DNA of 64,000 nucleotides from a bacterium (GTDB lineage: Bacteria; Patescibacteriota; Patescibacteriia; Patescibacteriales; GWC2-42-12): assembly GCA_030649205.1 (NCBI GenBank), contig JAUSGE010000014.1, positions 28,717 to 92,716 of the forward strand, written 5' to 3'. The first letter of the stretch is position 1; each line of letters opens with the position of its first letter. Position numbers and translations under genes: made by a program. Below the pieces are notes generated by a model. That model saw nothing but the letters and a program-made list of their open reading frames with translations, searched no databases and had not been told where the DNA came from. Positions 63,477 to 64,000 of the stretch are shown here, one piece after another.

Positions 63477-64000
63477 ATGAAAAAAGAGTTTAAAGGCATT
63501 TCTTTAAGAAAACATGAGTTGGAAGAATTTATGGGAAATTTTAAGGACATGCCGGATAGGTTATTAAAATATTGTGAAATATTATTAGAGGGCAAGGACG
63601 CCTCTCCTTATTGTTTCCAAGATACTATGTCATTTAGACATATAGGCGTTGGTCTTACTTCCAAATGCAACAAGCACTGTGTTTGGTGCTATCGGTTTGA
63701 TCCGATGTATAAAAATGTTTTAAATAAAGAACTTCCTTTTGAAAAATTGGAAAAAATAGTTAATAACACTAAAGGAAAATTCAGGATGGTAAAATTGGGC
63801 GGGCTAGGAGAGCCGATTCTTTATCCTCGTCTTTTGGATGCGATTGCATTAGTGAGAAAATTGTCGGATAGAGTTAGAATTACCAGTAACGCCAGTTTAT
63901 TGAACAAAAATTTAATTAATAAAATGATTGAGAGCGGATTAACTGATATAGAAGTCAGTATTCTCACATTTGACGAAAAAGAAGAGATGAAATTAAGAGG
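63477..64000 (+). CDS. radical SAM protein, 3'-partial (no N-terminal B12 domain; Cys cluster near the N-terminus)
   Basis: ATG at 63477, frame open to the window end. GVGLTSKCNKHCVWCYRFD (Cx3Cx2C) ~60 aa from the start, G-rich SAM motif GGLGEPILYP. Not in the supplied ORF track because it is truncated. Confidence 0.7.
   Translation, partial: MKKEFKGISLRKHELEEFMGNFKDMPDRLLKYCEILLEGKDASPYCFQDTMSFRHIGVGLTSKCNKHCVWCYRFDPMYKNVLNKELPFEKLEKIVNNTKGKFRMVKLGGLGEPILYPRLLDAIALVRKLSDRVRITSNASLLNKNLINKMIESGLTDIEVSILTFDEKEEMKLR

Noticed and set aside
1-64000. rRNA or tRNA genes
   Set aside because: Scanned for conserved tRNA T-arm/acceptor patterns and rRNA-like GC-rich structured stretches; none were seen. 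Essentially all sequence is accounted for by protein-coding genes.

Overview
This 64 kb window is low-GC, tightly packed and almost entirely plus-strand. It is one very large cell-surface glycan biosynthesis locus, and gene overlaps of the ATGA type are common. The gene content fits a Patescibacteria/CPR-like bacterium using the standard genetic code; the CPR assignment is inference only.

The readable families are:
- **Glycosyltransferases:** about 10 GT4 genes and three GT2 polyprenol-phosphate sugar synthases (GtrB/DPM1-like), plus a GtrA-like flippase domain fused to a GT4. At least four large polytopic GT-C-like membrane proteins and one O-antigen-ligase (Wzy_C) domain fused to TPR repeats are also present.
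- **UDP-GlcA branch:** UDP-glucose 6-dehydrogenase, a UDP-glucuronate 4-epimerase-like SDR and UDP-xylose synthase.
- **Modified-hexose branch:** GDP-mannose 4,6-dehydratase, an FdtA-like 3,4-ketoisomerase and four DegT-family aminotransferases. This branch also carries two class-I SAM methyltransferases, a TylCIII-like C-methyltransferase and a hexapeptide acetyltransferase.
- **Nonulosonic-acid module:** NeuC-like, NeuB-like and NeuA-like genes, a WbqC-like gene and a putative KpsC/KpsS-like transferase.
- **Export:** an ABC exporter.

The most striking feature is eight paralogous B12-binding radical SAM genes (class-B, Cx3Cx2C) scattered among the glycosyltransferases and Gtr-like modules, one with an aberrant Cx3Cx3C cluster. 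A ninth, different radical SAM gene starts at the window edge. This looks like a heavily radical-SAM-tailored glycan system.

Other notable features:
- An IS481/ISNCY-like insertion sequence (TGT...ACA ends, ~50 bp imperfect IRs, 14-15 bp target duplication) sits exactly on the start region of an epimerase gene, next to a GC-rich and apparently foreign NUDIX gene.
- Two GT4 genes carry several heptanucleotide tandem repeats; one is 5 x 7 nt, so a unit change would frameshift.
- A 340 bp intergenic region contains two long hairpins.
- There is a small Cys-rich ORF, two unusual domain fusions (UGDH-like N-domain to methyltransferase; GT-C to GT4) and two near-consensus sigma70-like promoters.

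No rRNA, tRNA or CRISPR array was found.
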